63,614 bases of DNA, filler included, from Collodictyon triciliatum (GCA_043381765.1; 44 parts of 44 records of this genome joined end to end with filler, not necessarily neighbours in it), one strand, 5' to 3'; positions 22,020-34,716 are shown, counted from the whole stretch's first letter. The notes: a model not told the origin generated them from the sequence alone. Numbers and translations: made by a program.

Positions 22020-23131
22020 AGGGCCGATAACCACAAAGGCTCTCCACTATGCCGTACTGCGACGAAGTCTACTTCATACAAGAACTGCAAAGGCTCTGCA
22101 GTGTGCCAGAACACGAAAACCGTAAGTCTCGTGCAACCAGAAATTATGTTTTTCCCTTCGTTTCGAGCACTTTGTTTTGACCAAGCGCACACCTAGCCGA
22201 TGTTTTTGTTATAATTCATGCGGAAGAATTTATACATGCATAGAGCATAAAAATTGAATTTTTTTTGTCAAAATAGTGCAAATTATATCCGGCTATGCGA
22301 ACATTCGAAGCCCAATTCCCTGTTTATCAAACGACGAAGTCTGCTTCACACAAGACCTGCAAAGGCTCTGCACTATGCGGAATCCGAAAAGCGTAAGTCT
22401 TATGAACCAGATATTATATTCATCTCTCACTTCGAGCACTATGTTTTGTACTTCCTACATTTAGTCCACGTTTTTGTTATAATTCGTACGGAAGAATTTT
22501 GTGGATGCATAAAGGAGAAAAATTGAATTTCTCTTGTGAAAATAGTCCAATCTTTGTCCGGCTATGGGAACATTCGAAGCCCAATTCCCTGTTTATCGAG
22601 CGACGGAGACTGCTTCACACACAATCCGCGAAGACTCTGCGTTATCCCCGAATATGACGAAGTCTGCTTCACACAAGACCCGCAAAGGCTGTGCGTTATG
22701 CCAGAATACGACGAAATCTGCCTCACGCACGAAGAACCGCAAAGGCTCTGTACTATTCCGGAGTACGAAAACCGTAAGTCCTCTGCAACCAGAAATTCTA
22801 TTTTTAGTTTCGCAACAAGCACTTTATTTTGTGCAAGCATACATTTAGTCGATGTTTTTCTTATAATTCGTATGGAAGTAGTCTATTCATGCATAAAGGA
22901 GAATAATTGAATTTCTCTTGTGAAAATAGTGCAAATTGTGTCCGGCTATGTGAACATTCGAAGCTCCATTCCCTGATTATTGAGCAACGATCTCTGCATC
23001 ACACACAAGAACCGCAAAGGCTCTGCACTATGCCCGAATACGAAAACTGTAAGTCTCGTGCAGCCAGACATTTTATTTTTCCCTTCGTTTCGAGCACTTT
23101 GTTTTGTACTTGCATACACTTAGTCGATGTT
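22020..23131. repeat. Complex tandem repeat: diverged units of about 270-385 nt containing a roughly 53-nt subrepeat
   Basis: The unit start AATTGAATTT..AAAATAGT recurs at about 22252, 22521 and 22905. The subunit GACGAAGTCTGCTTCACACAAGACC.GCAAAGGCTCTG is triplicated in 22600-22770. Confidence 0.9.
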
Positions 23132-23448
23132 NNNNNNNNNNNNNNNNNNNNNNNNNNNNNNNNNNNNNNNNNNNNTTAATTAATTAANNNNNNNNNNNNN
23201 NNNNNNNNNNNNNNNNNNNNNNNNNNNNNNNATTTATTTGTCTATTTATTTGTCTATTTATTTGTCTATTTATTTGTCTATTTATTTGTCTATTTATTTT
23301 TCTATTTATTTATCTATTTATCTATTTATCTATTTATCTATTTATCTATTTATCTATTTATCTATTTATCTATTTATCTATTTATCTATTTATCTATTTA
23401 TCTATTTATCAACGTAAAATAATTTATATTTCAACCTTTCAAAACAAG

Positions 23449-24413
23449 GCGAAAATAATCCCCAAGGATTATCCCAGAGAGACACATATTACCCTTGGCG
23501 ATGAGCCCAACACAATCCTCGTCTCATGGACGACGTTTAAGAAAGGCTTGAAACCAAAAGTGAAATTTGGCAAAATAAAAAGTAAACTTTTCCAACTCCT
23601 TTAAAACATGAGTTTATTTTCCTTTTAATGGTCAGGTTTTGCAGGATGACTTTATGGATCTATGTTCCGAACTCATAATCAGTCTTTGTTTAAAATGAAA
23701 AATTTGCTACAATAAATACTAAAGACCAATCAATCAACTACACCCTTTGAAACATGATTATTTTCATCCAATTATTAACCAAAGCATGAACATATAGATG
23801 ATTTGAAGCTTTCCTTCACGGGTGACAGTGTCTCTTACACTGTGGATGATATGTGCGGGGCCGAATCGGCGTTAGATGGAGAAATTCACCATGTAGAACT
23901 GAAAAATTTAGAATATGACACAGTTTACTACTATAAAGTTGGCAGTGACGATTCAGGGTCAGCGCCACATTATAATTCTCTCTTGAATAGAACCACAAGC
24001 GCAGTCATTTCACTTATCTGCAAATCTAAAGAAAGTTATGCCATCAAAGATGAAGAATGACTTTCTATGAACTTAGTTTAGAGGAGAACACAACCTGAAT
24101 TCATACTATATCTTTATGTCTTAGTGTTTATGGAGAGGAGCGAATGTTCAAAAGCCCGCCCAGGGTCGGCGAGGTATTGGAGACACGTTTGGTCTACGTC
24201 GCAGATATGGGCATCACACCAAACGCAAATCGTGTCGCTGCATCAATATTGGACAGCGAGATTAAAACAGGGTTTGCTCAGGCATTGATTCATGGGGGAG
24301 ATATCTCGTATGCGGACGGAGAGGAGGAGATTTGGGAAGACTTTATGGATATGATGGAACCACTTATTTCTCGGGTTCCGTACTTTGTAGCTGTTGGTAA
24401 TCATGAATATCAG
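23449..24413 (+). CDS. Purple acid phosphatase (FN3-like N-domain + metallophosphoesterase); three exons, partial
   Basis: HITLGDEPNTILVSWTT, IHHVELKNLEYDTVYYYKVG, and the metal-binding motifs ADMG, GDISYA and GNHE. Confidence 0.92.
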
Positions 24414-24516
24414 GTTTGTACGTTACTGAATACAGAGAATCTTCCAACAAACATCTGAATAAATAATTACTTCTAAATCTGTTTTTTTTTTCTTTTTTTT
24501 CTCTTTCTTTTTTTTT

Positions 24517-24580
<64 letters not shown>

Positions 24581-24680
24581 NNNNNNNNNNNNNNNNNNNN
24601 NNNNNNNNNNNNNNNNNNNNNNNNTTAATTAATTAANNNNNNNNNNNNNNNNNNNNNNNNNNNNNNNNNNNNNNNNNNNN

Positions 24681-26029
24681 TAACTCATCGGTCTGTGGCT
24701 CTTCAGTCTTTGGCTCTTTAATCTTAGGCTCTTCAGCCTTTGGTTCTTCAGTCTTTAACTCATCGGTCTGTGGTTCTTCGGTCTGTGGTTCTTCAGTCTT
24801 AGGTTCTTCAGTCTTAGGTTCTTCAGTCTTTGGCTCTTCAGTCTTTGGTTCTTCAGCCTTTGGTTCTTCGGTCTGTGGTTCTTCGGTATGTGGTTCTTCG
24901 GTATGTGGTTCTTCGGTATGTGGTTCTTCGGTCTTTGGCTCTTCAGTCTTTGGTTCTTCAGTCTTTGGTTCTTCAGTCTGTGGCTCTTCAGTCTTTGGTT
25001 CTTCAGTCTTTAACTCATCGGTCTGTGGTTCTTCGGTCTGTGGTTCTTCAGCCTTTGGTTCTTCAGCCTTTGGTTCTTCGGTCTTTGGTTCATCAGTCTG
25101 TGGCTCTTCAGCCTTGGGTTCTTCAGCCTGTGGTTCTTCGGTCTGTGGTTCTTCGGTCTGTGGTTCTTCGGTCTGTGGTTCTTCGGTCTGTGGTTCTTCG
25201 GTCTGTGGCTCTTCAGTCTGTGGTTCTTCGGTCTGTGGTTCTTCGGTCTGTGGTTCTTCGGTCTGTGGTTCTTCGGTATGTGGTTCTTCGGTATGTGGTT
25301 TTTCGGTCTGTGGTTCTTCGGTCTGTGGTTCTTCAGTCTGTGGTTCTTCAGTCTGTGGTTCTTCCCTTTCAAATGCATCATCATACTTTGGTTCATCGGT
25401 CTGTGGCTCTTCAATCTTACGCTCTTCAGTCTTTGGTTCTTCAGCCTGTGGTTCATCGGCCTTTGGCTCATCGGTCTGTGGCTCTTCAGTCTTTGGCTCT
25501 TCAGTCTTTGGCTCTTCAGTCTTTGGCTCTTCAGTCTGTGGTTCTTCAATCTTGGGCTCTTCAGTCTTTAGTTCTTCAGTCTGTGGCTCTTCAGCCTTTG
25601 GTTCTTCAGTCTGTAGCTCTTCAGTCTGTGGTTCTTCAGTCTGTGGTTCTTCAGTCTTTGGTTCTTCAGTCTGTGGCTCTTCAGTCTGTGGCTCTTCAGC
25701 CTTTGGTTCTTCAGTCTGTAGCTCTTCAGTCTGTGGCTCTTCAGTCTGCGGCTCTTCAGTCTGCGGCTCTTCAGTCTGCGGCTCTTCAGTCTGCGGCTCT
25801 TCAGTCTGCGGCTCTTCAATCTTGGGCTCTTCAGTCTTTAGTTCTTCAGTCTGTGGCTCTTCAGCCTTTGGTTCTTCAGTCTGTAGCTCTTCAGTCTGCG
25901 GCTCTTCAGTCTGTGGTTCTTCAATCTGTGGCTCTTCAGTCTTTGGCTCTTCAGTCTGTGGTTCTTCAATCTTGGGCTCTTCAGTCTTTAGTTCTTCAGT
26001 CTGTGGCTCTTCAGCCTTTGGTTCTTCAG
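24681..26029 (-). CDS. Acidic pentapeptide-repeat protein fragment, (T/A/I)EEP(Q/K) about 88 times (15-nt tandem repeat)
   Basis: The minus-strand frame is stop-free across the contig, including the unique insert TDEPKYDDAFEREEPQ. The plus-strand VVLRS and CGSSV ORFs are antisense shadows. Confidence 0.7.
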
Positions 26030-26129
26030 NNNNNNNNNNNNNNNNNNNNNNNNNNNNNNNNNNNNNNNNNNNNTTAATTAATTAANNNNNNNNNNNNNNN
26101 NNNNNNNNNNNNNNNNNNNNNNNNNNNNN

Positions 26130-27123
26130 TCACTTCTGAATGACTCATATCTCTCTACTACAGAGCTGTAGTCAATCGTAACCTAATTTTTATTAGCATT
26201 TTGTAACAAAAACAATAATAAGCTTGCCACATAATATAGTTCACTTTTGAAGCAAATATACTGCGAATATAAAATTAAAATGTGTTAACATGATATAAAC
26301 GACATTTTGAGGCAAGGCAGGATAAATATTTGCAAGGTTGGTTAGTGGAGCACTGACAAGATTTTTTGAGCTGCGGTTGAATTTAGTCAGAGATTCATGT
26401 TCTCTACGAGACGCGACGTACTGAGCTCGAGCAGTCTTTAATAGGAGTCGATTATTAAAAGGGATATGAGATAGAAAAATATTCTTACATGAATAAATAG
26501 GCACAGTAATATATATTACCATCATTTTAAGAATGTTAACAAAAAAACATAACATCAATTTGGTTTAAGTTATATTGAGAATTAAAGGTAAGAGCGAGAC
26601 TCAATTCATGGCCAATTAATCACATATGCGTAGTGCCACAAGTAATGTGTACATCAAAAGAAATTTTAATGAAGGTTACATCAACAACTTTCACGTCCTT
26701 CTCGAGAATAGAAGATATGGGCTTCACAAACTCGGATTGAGTCAGCTCAACCTAAACAGAAAATGAAATAGATACACCGCTGTTGTAGTGTGCATGAATT
26801 ATATTTTCCTTTTTTTTTTCGAAACAATATTTGATGCTCCAGATAATATGCTGCAAAAAAACAAACCATTTTTGCCTGTTTCTTGTTAATGTCAGATTGC
26901 AACTGAGACACCAATAGCAGAAGTTCCGCTAATAACACGTTGATAAACAGGATAGGTTAATACTTATATTAGACTGTATCAGTAGATTAATGAATAAAGA
27001 TTTATTTTGTGTCAGATTAGTCATACATAGCTCCTTTGAGTCTCGGGATTGGGATGCAAGCAGAGATTCTAACTTTTGTCCAAGCTTAAAAATGGCTGGG
27101 AGATTGTTATTGAAAATAAGCAA
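26130..27123 (-). CDS. BAR-domain-like helical protein; five exons, partial
   Basis: GT-AG exons join in frame: ...SKELSELLLLVSQLQSDINKKQAKM|VELTQSEFVKPISSILEKDVKVVD|TARAQYVASRREHESLTK. The pattern F.kPl..fl.kD....rk.y resembles BAR helices. Confidence 0.55.
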
Positions 27124-27724
27124 CTATAATAAATTCCTTCTATGTATTTTTTTTCTTATGGAGAAAGTAAAGTTTGAGAATTAAACGTGAAAAGAAAGAA
27201 AAATCGCAAACCATTTTGATGCAGGTGTAGTTCAGTGGCAATAGCGGATAAAGACTCTAAAAATGCCTGTGTTTCTTGATTGTTCTGAGATAAAGATAAT
27301 ACATTATAAATAAATGATGAAATAAAATATAGGAGAGATGATGTGAAACAGGTAAAAAGAGAAGATAGGATGTAGCAGAAGAAAAAAGAAAAAAGAAAAA
27401 AGAAAAAAGAAAAAAGAAAAAAGAAAAAAGAAAAAAGAAAAAGAAAAAGAAAAAAGAAAAAAGAAAAAAGAAAAANNNNNNNNNNNNNNNNNNNNNNNNN
27501 NNNNNNNNNNNNNNNNNNNTTAATTAATTAANNNNNNNNNNNNNNNNNNNNNNNNNNNNNNNNNNNNNNNNNNNNTCTTCAACGTAGTCCGACATGTTTT
27601 GTTAGTTGTAGCAATATATCCCTCGTTGATTTTTCTTTCAGTCTGTGCGAGATATGGAGTTTTAGTCTCGATTCCTGTACTTCATCCACATGGAGACTTC
27701 TTGAATCTCGGAGGATAAGTAGTT

Positions 27725-27830
27725 GGTGGTAATCATGTAATGCATCCTGCGGTTTGTCTTGTGGCCTTGGTCTTGTGCTTGCACGAGTTGCAATATAGGG
27801 TTTAACCTCTCTCTTAGTCTATCCACAATG
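27725..27830 (-). pseudogene. Dispersed unidentified family, copy 2
   Basis: VDRLRERLNPILQLVQAQDQGHKTNRRMHYMITT aligns with 1901-2026. Confidence 0.5.
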
Positions 27831-28523
27831 TCTCTCGATCTGTACCGATTTACACGATTCAGTGAACACGAACCAGAAAGCATGAAAGAAAATCCCGTTT
27901 ATCCGTGGGTGGATTACATATATACATTTAGTTGCACACCTTCCTCATGATAATCGAGATTGAAGCACAAATAGGATGAAGATTGTCCAAAAATGTCGAT
28001 GGGGCAGAGCATTTATATCGAAATATTATTCAAGAAAGGTAGGAGACTGGAAGGTAGATGCGCAGATTCTATCGGATTCATGGTCTTCAACCAATTCTAT
28101 CTCAAAAGAATTAGTATGTAGCATGAGATTGCCTGCGACAAAATTGAAGGATTTTACATGATAAAAACAACCGATGTAAGAGCGCTATACTACAATTAAT
28201 TTGTGAGGCATATCAAAAAAGAAATATTTTGTTAGAGATGAGCCACTTAATAATCACACTCAATGGATATGGTATCGCTTTCGTTGTTTCTTATTTAGAG
28301 GTCAGCTCGGAAATAAGCTTAAAAAACATTTCTATATCTGTGAAGAAAACCAAAAAAGAAAAATGAAAAGTGAAATATGAAAAATGAAAAAAGGAAAAAG
28401 AAAAAGAAAAAGAAAAAAGAAGAGAAAAAGAAAAGAAAAAAGAAAAGAAAAGAAAAGAAAAGAAAAAGAAAAAGAAAAAGAAAAAGAAAAAAAGAAAATA
28501 TGGAAAAGATAAAAGATAAATGA

Positions 28524-28784
28524 TTTTTTTCCTTTATTCGATTCATAGTGCAACAAGGTTATGCCATACAAAGGGGCGGGATGGGAGCACATGGTAGAAA
28601 GCAAACGTGAGTAGAAGAAGCTACAGTGGATAGGCTAGTACCGGAAACAAATCGGTGATAGCGAGTTGGTCAGGTGGGAGTCCCAAGTGGTTGATTGGTT
28701 GTGTAGGTAGCAGGGGTTGGATATACTGTGTGAGATATCGCACGACACATGCCCATATCTCTCTTCGCTTGCGGTCAGAGTAGC
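28524..28784 (-). mobile_element. 5'-truncated LINE 3' end with AATAAA and a short A tail
   Basis: Its reverse complement aligns with 32301-32564 through ...CCCGCCCCTTTGTATGGCATAACC...GAATCGAATAAAGGAAAAAAA. Confidence 0.85.
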
Positions 28785-29024
28785 TGGGACGTACGGGCTT
28801 ACTTTCAGCTTTTGACTATCGGTGGCTCAATAATGCCTATAGTTTGGGCCAATCGACTCATTTTCTACAGTATGTAAGGATTCGGACTGGTGATTTCATA
28901 TCGAAACAGCTTGGAATATGTGATNNNNNNNNNNNNNNNNNNNNNNNNNNNNNNNNNNNNNNNNNNNNTTAATTAATTAANNNNNNNNNNNNNNNNNNNN
29001 NNNNNNNNNNNNNNNNNNNNNNNN

Positions 29025-29126
<102 letters not shown>

Positions 29127-30503
29127 TTTTAAATTAAAAAAAGGTATATATGTGGGATGCATTTGTTGTATTGACATGGGAGCAGTAAGCAATCATATTA
29201 TCGATATATAATTACCAAATGTCTGAGGCATAGACACTTTTTCAATGGGGCGGTTCAAGTCCGCAAGACTGCGGGAATTAAGATATAGAAAGAAAACAGG
29301 AAAAGCTCTTTAGTATAGATTACATTTTGGGCACAACAATAATAATTGGATATCTGGAATAATAGAATAAGGGGGGAAAGGAATGCCCTACCCAGCAACA
29401 ACCAGCGCCCTAATCAGAATATATGATCAATTTTAATTTAATTAGTGTTATTTTCAACTTATAAAAACTGAGAAAGAACAGATGAAAAAAGTGGCTGCTA
29501 TCCGCTTGATTTGCGTTAAGTTAATGGTTCAAGGAGACTTTTCAAGTCGTTGAATCAGTCATTCTGTACCATTTCATAGCAGGAGCCCTATAAATATCAG
29601 AATGTATATGTATTATTTAGAAATGAATGTATCGCTTTTATGAGTTACAGTACACAAAATGGTATGCAGTACATCTATAAAAAAAAAAAGCAAATAATTC
29701 TTAATTCGTCGTATATTTACGATATAAAGCTTATGTTCATATTTAATGCAAAATCGACAAGAAGGTGCATGAGATAAAAGAGTTTATGACTTGTAAGCAT
29801 ACCAAAAGTGAACTGAGGTTGATCACAATATGTTGCAATTCAAGGCGGCCGCGCGGGTGTCAGTAAATATGTTTTTATTTCGGAAAAAATGGTATTTCAG
29901 TGCGTAAATTGAAAAGTATACCATATAGAAGGCAAAGTGGTTCTTATAAAAGTATTCAAACTGATGCACACCCACTTGACTCACATGAAGTTTAATCATC
30001 AGAATATTATCAAAAGAACTTATGCTATTGAGAATAATGGAGAAAATATAGAGAAAAAGAAAAGCTATGGAGAAGAAAAAAAAGGAAATATTAAAAAAAA
30101 GTGAAACGGAAGGATAAGGTAAAAGTTACTTGTCTTCGGCCCGGCTGGGTGGTTCACGAAGGTTTGGAAGCGAGCCTGGAAGGACATGGTAGACAACAGC
30201 AGACGAGTTTCTTTGAGTCTGAAAAACAAGTCAACTTTAGACGCAACAAGGTTAAAAAAATCAATTCATCTTTTCTCTCTTTTTCTCTCTTTTTTCTCTC
30301 TTTTTTCTCTCTTTTTTCTCTCTTTTTTCTCTCTTTTTTCTCTCTTTTTTCTCTCTTTTTTCTCTCTTTTTTNNNNNNNNNNNNNNNNNNNNNNNNNNNN
30401 NNNNNNNNNNNNNNNNTTAATTAATTAANNNNNNNNNNNNNNNNNNNNNNNNNNNNNNNNNNNNNNNNNNNNTTTGTTGCGGTTTTGAGGGAATGGCTGA
30501 TTG

Positions 30504-30616
30504 GTGTGTGATGTGTGATGTGTGATGTGTGATGTGTGATGTGTGATGTGTGATGTGTGATGTGTGATGTGTGATGTGTGATGTGTGATGTGTGATGTGT
30601 GATGTGTGATGTGTGT
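30504..30616. repeat. (GTGTGAT)n heptamer microsatellite
   Basis: Direct reading. Confidence 0.95.
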
Positions 30617-31460
30617 GGGATTGGTTCTTGCAAACTAAATATTTCTTGATCTTTTGATATCCTCCTGTTTTTTTCGTTTTCATTTTCATATTCATTTTTT
30701 CTTTTTGTTTGATGTGATTTTGGCCTTTTTATTTTTTCTCTCTTTCATTTCCTCGTAGCAGAGAATTTTCAAGACTTTGATGTTCTCGATCATTCTTGAC
30801 CCTTATCCCACCCATCACTTTAGAGGACATATACGGTTCATCCTTGTTGATATTCCTATTTCTTCTTGCCTTAGTCATCTGCGTTTTCCTTATTTCTTAC
30901 TGCTGCAGAGCTCTCTGTTTTTTTATTTTTTATATTTTTTTTTATTTTTTTGTGATCTCTGGAGTCATTCATCTTGGAAGTTAGTTTTTTCTCTTTTTTT
31001 ACGCTGTGCAGGAAAGCTGCTGGAGCTAATACCCATTCGAGTTGTGATCAGCTTCGCTTTTTTCTTTCAAGACTTTTTTTAATCCGCTCAGCCTTTCACA
31101 CGTGTTTATTAGTTTGGATTTTCCCTACTCGATGGTCACTATATATACTATTCTTAATCCTGTCGAGAGTTGCTTCATAAAATCAACCACCTTCCAACCA
31201 CAATGAAGATCTCACATCTATCGCACAACTTGACCTCCTCGCTTTTTTATTTATTTATTCTTCCTATAAGTGTATCGTTCAGTGGTTTTTGAGTCTTAAT
31301 GTATGATAAATCATGATTGTTGTCCTCTTGGGACTCAGGAGCACTTTCTTAACCATCATCTCCTCTAACGTTCCTTCTCCAGTAGCCTTTCCTTGGCGAA
31401 GCAGACTTTTTCGGTGAGCCTGGGCTGCTGTGTTTGGCAGAGACGGTCGTTGGATTGTCG

Positions 31461-31735
31461 ATGGACTCAAGGAAGACTCTCGCAACCGGGGTGAAGCATT
31501 CATCTAGTGTTCATCGCTTGCAGAAATCTTACTCGGAAAGCGACGACCTCAAGGGACTCCCCATGTCAACTTTCTCAGGCGCGGTGTTCGAGGACAGAAA
31601 GGCTGCTGGCCTGGAAAGTTCTGTACAGACGATTGAGTGCTACACTGACCTTTCCCTTCTCGCGCGTGATGGTGCTTTAGACGGCTTTGAGGTTGCAAAC
31701 AACGATGATGTATTGACCCCCGGCATTTTTCCGAG
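31461..31735 (+). CDS. Probable first coding exon of an unknown gene
   Basis: MDSRKTLATG...PGIFPR has coding-like composition and ends at a GTAAAC donor followed by a poly(T) intron-like tract. Confidence 0.4.
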
Positions 31736-31920
31736 GTAAACAGTGGGCTTCTACCACTTTTTTTTTTTTTTTTAAAAAAAAAAAGGGAAACAAATAAATA
31801 CCCTAATGTTTGTTTTGTGCNNNNNNNNNNNNNNNNNNNNNNNNNNNNNNNNNNNNNNNNNNNNTTAATTAATTAANNNNNNNNNNNNNNNNNNNNNNNN
31901 NNNNNNNNNNNNNNNNNNNN

Positions 31921-32564
31921 CGTAGTCCATGCAGCAACGACCTCTCCAGAATGCACCATGTGCCATAGTGGAGATGACTCTATCGAACACACATTTGTGA
32001 AGTGCTCCCTTGCTCAATAAGTGACAGGGTCTACCCACAAGATGCTCTCTGAGCTCGCTCGATTATGCTCCCAACCGACTCAGCGCGTCTGACATCCTGT
32101 TTGGCACACAATATCTAATGACCCACGACTCTAGAATACTCTGGACAGTCACAAGGGGAATATGCTCTGGTCCTTATGGAGTGTGCGTGCATTCTCTCGC
32201 TCTAATGATTTACCCGAACGAGAAATCAATGTTTACAGGCTTGAAAGCCTCGTGCAATACAGCTTCCTGAACAGTCTGCTGAAACACAGCCGCATTCTTC
32301 GCTACTCTGACCGCAAGCGAAGAGAGATGTGGGAATGTGTCGGAATATATCTCCCACAGCATATCCAAACCCTGCTACCCACACAACCAATCAACCAGTT
32401 GGGTCGCCCACCAGACCAACTCGCTATCACTGATTTCTTTCCAGTGCTACCCTCTCTACAGTAGTGTCTTCTCCTACTCGCGTTTGCTCTCTCCCATGGG
32501 CTCCCATCCCGCCCCTTTGTATGGCATAACCTCGCTACACTTTGAATCGAATAAAGGAAAAAAA
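31921..32564 (+). mobile_element. LINE ORF2 C-terminus (CCHC zinc knuckle), 3' UTR and A tail; degenerate
   Basis: CTMCHSGDDSIEHTFVKC and LWSLWSVR, a stop at 32464, then AATAAA and an A run. An internal stop and frameshifts are present. Confidence 0.85.
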
Positions 32565-33005
32565 TGATAAACTGTATTCATAGGAGTATCCATGGAGATA
32601 AAAGTGCAAACCCCTTAATGAGAAGGTAATAAACTTACTTGTATGCTCTATTATCTTCGCATCCTCAGTCCCAGCAAGTTGGTACGCAACATCTTTACTT
32701 AAGCAAAATAACAAAACAAAATAAATTGTCATTATTTTTTGTATTTTTCATTCAAGATTAATGATATTCTACAAAATACGAATTATTCAGATACACATTA
32801 ATCCATTAGGTGCAATATCATTCGGCAATACAGTAAGAGTACGTTTAAAGTCGCCAGAAAATAGAACCTTTACCATCCAATTATGATCAATTCCGTTGGA
32901 CTGTAAAACAAAAAACAAAGAAACAAAAAACAAAGAAACAAAAACAAAACAAACAAACAAACTATAACCCCGCCCTTCCCTTGAATCGAATAAAAGGAAA
33001 AAAAA

Positions 33006-33268
33006 CCTCCAATTATATCACTGTTTTCTCCTATACCATTTTTAATTATTGCTGACTTCTCCAATGACCTTTCTGTAAAATGTGGTAGATTCATTCCATA
33101 TGATAATCTTGCATACTTGGAGCAAACGCCCTTTACCGGTATTCTATTCATTGCACTTTTGGTTGAAAAATACGGTAGAATCTTAATTAGAGTCAGCTTT
33201 CTGCCGCCTTGTAGGACATTTATAGCTATACCTGATGATATCATTAGAATGACAATTTGTTCATCTGC
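33006..33268 (-). mobile_element. Degenerate Helitron-type PIF1 helicase fragment
   Basis: IVILMISSGIAINVLQGGR resembles the motif ASSGIAA.LL.GGRTAHS. IIIWNE resembles the Walker B IIWDE, and IIGG resembles PFGG. The fragment is frameshifted. Confidence 0.7.
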
Positions 33269-33368
33269 NNNNNNNNNNNNNNNNNNNNNNNNNNNNNNNN
33301 NNNNNNNNNNNNTTAATTAATTAANNNNNNNNNNNNNNNNNNNNNNNNNNNNNNNNNNNNNNNNNNNN

Positions 33369-34716
33369 ATAGCATTATAATTTACAGACGAAATAGGAGT
33401 TCTTAACCCAGTCGTATTAATAGTTCCGTTGACTGTCACTGTGCTAGTCCCACCAGTGCCTCCAGTTCCACCCGTGTTTAACACACTTAATACAGGGACA
33501 GAATTACTAATTAAATGCATTGTTCTGTCAGTAGTACTCGCATATAGCCCTGAAATGTCCGTGCCGCTGAAACTGTATCCGTTACTAATTGCGACACCTC
33601 TAGAGGCTATAAAACGAGATTCAGTATTCACGCCATTATCATTTACCGTAAATCTTTGAATGCCGTTTGTACTTATTGACACTGAATTATCTGCGCCATA
33701 TATTCCACTTGCTGAATTGCCAGTAACACCGGGCGGATCGTTAAAAGATATACTCGGGACTGTAGCACTTCCACCCGTAAAATTTGTCTGTTGAGTTATA
33801 CCTAGTCTTATAATGAGCCAATTCCCCAGACTTGCAAAATATATACATTGATATATACAACCAACTTCTAATCTGACTATGGCTGGGGTAGAAGGATTGC
33901 CAGTTTGCCCAGCGTTGCTAACTAAAGTCCTTACTCCATTAAAGTAAGTCTCAAAATTCTGGACTCCTCCGGTCCCACCTGGTCCGCCTTGTAAAAAAGC
34001 GCCAAATGTACTCCCTACATTAGCAAACGGATTAAAATAAAACATCGTTCCATTATTTAATACCGGGAGTGTATATGTGACATCATTACTAGAAAAATTC
34101 ATACGCTGAACAGTATTGTCAGTTTGAGTCATGGTTCGACTAGTTGCTTGCGACGAAAAAGTCAATGACAATCCATTATTTAATGTGACAGTATTTGTAC
34201 AATTCAAAGGAACCGATAAAGTACTACCAGCAGAGTCCCACGTCTGTCTCGTAACATTTCCAGTAATAATACCCATTACATTAGTCGACGAAAGACCATA
34301 AAGTCCCGTATTGCTGGCACCAATTCTTAGACCTGACGAACTCCCAGACCCTGTTCGAATAATATCTATGGTTGGGTTGTCACTAAATGCATATGTACCT
34401 GCACCTGTTGAATTTAAAATTTGATTAGAGCCTGTTGGGGTCGGTACCTGCGAAATTGAACCCCAGTTTGTTGTGCTACCATTATTTGTTAAATATTGAT
34501 TTGCATTTCCCCCAGTTACACCAGGTACTTGATTTACTGACTGCCAGGAAACAGTATCGATTCCATTAGTTTGTAAAAATTTCCCCGTCTGCCCCGCCTG
34601 TGGAGGCAGCTCAGCATCGACTGCGGTGTATTCGTATCCAGTTGCCTGGGCATTTACTTGCAGAAATTTATCCGCATCAGCGCCTGTTATCGTTGGCAAA
34701 ATAAAAGATGTTTCTG
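33369..34716 (-). CDS. Virus/phage tail-fibre-like protein fragment, intronless and open across the whole contig
   Basis: G/T/N/S-rich sequence with repeated LP..tG..gkfLqTnG...sW units and GSATVPSISFND...SGIY..DNSVSISTNGIQRFTV, motifs I recognise from viral fibre shafts. Confidence 0.7.

Noticed and set aside
24830-26085. Plus-strand 415-aa VVLRS and 323-aa CGSSV ORFs
   Set aside because: These are shadow frames of a stop-poor 15-nt repeat. The minus-strand EEP frame is the more plausible protein.
27221-27270. tRNA-like start GCAGGTGTAGTTCAGTGG
   Set aside because: Only an A-box-like stretch is present, with no anticodon arm, T-arm or B-box.
30504-30616. (GTGTGAT)n or (TAG)n as telomeric repeats
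   Set aside because: Many different simple repeats end contigs here, none recurs as a consistent G-rich terminal motif, and this one has unique sequence on both sides.
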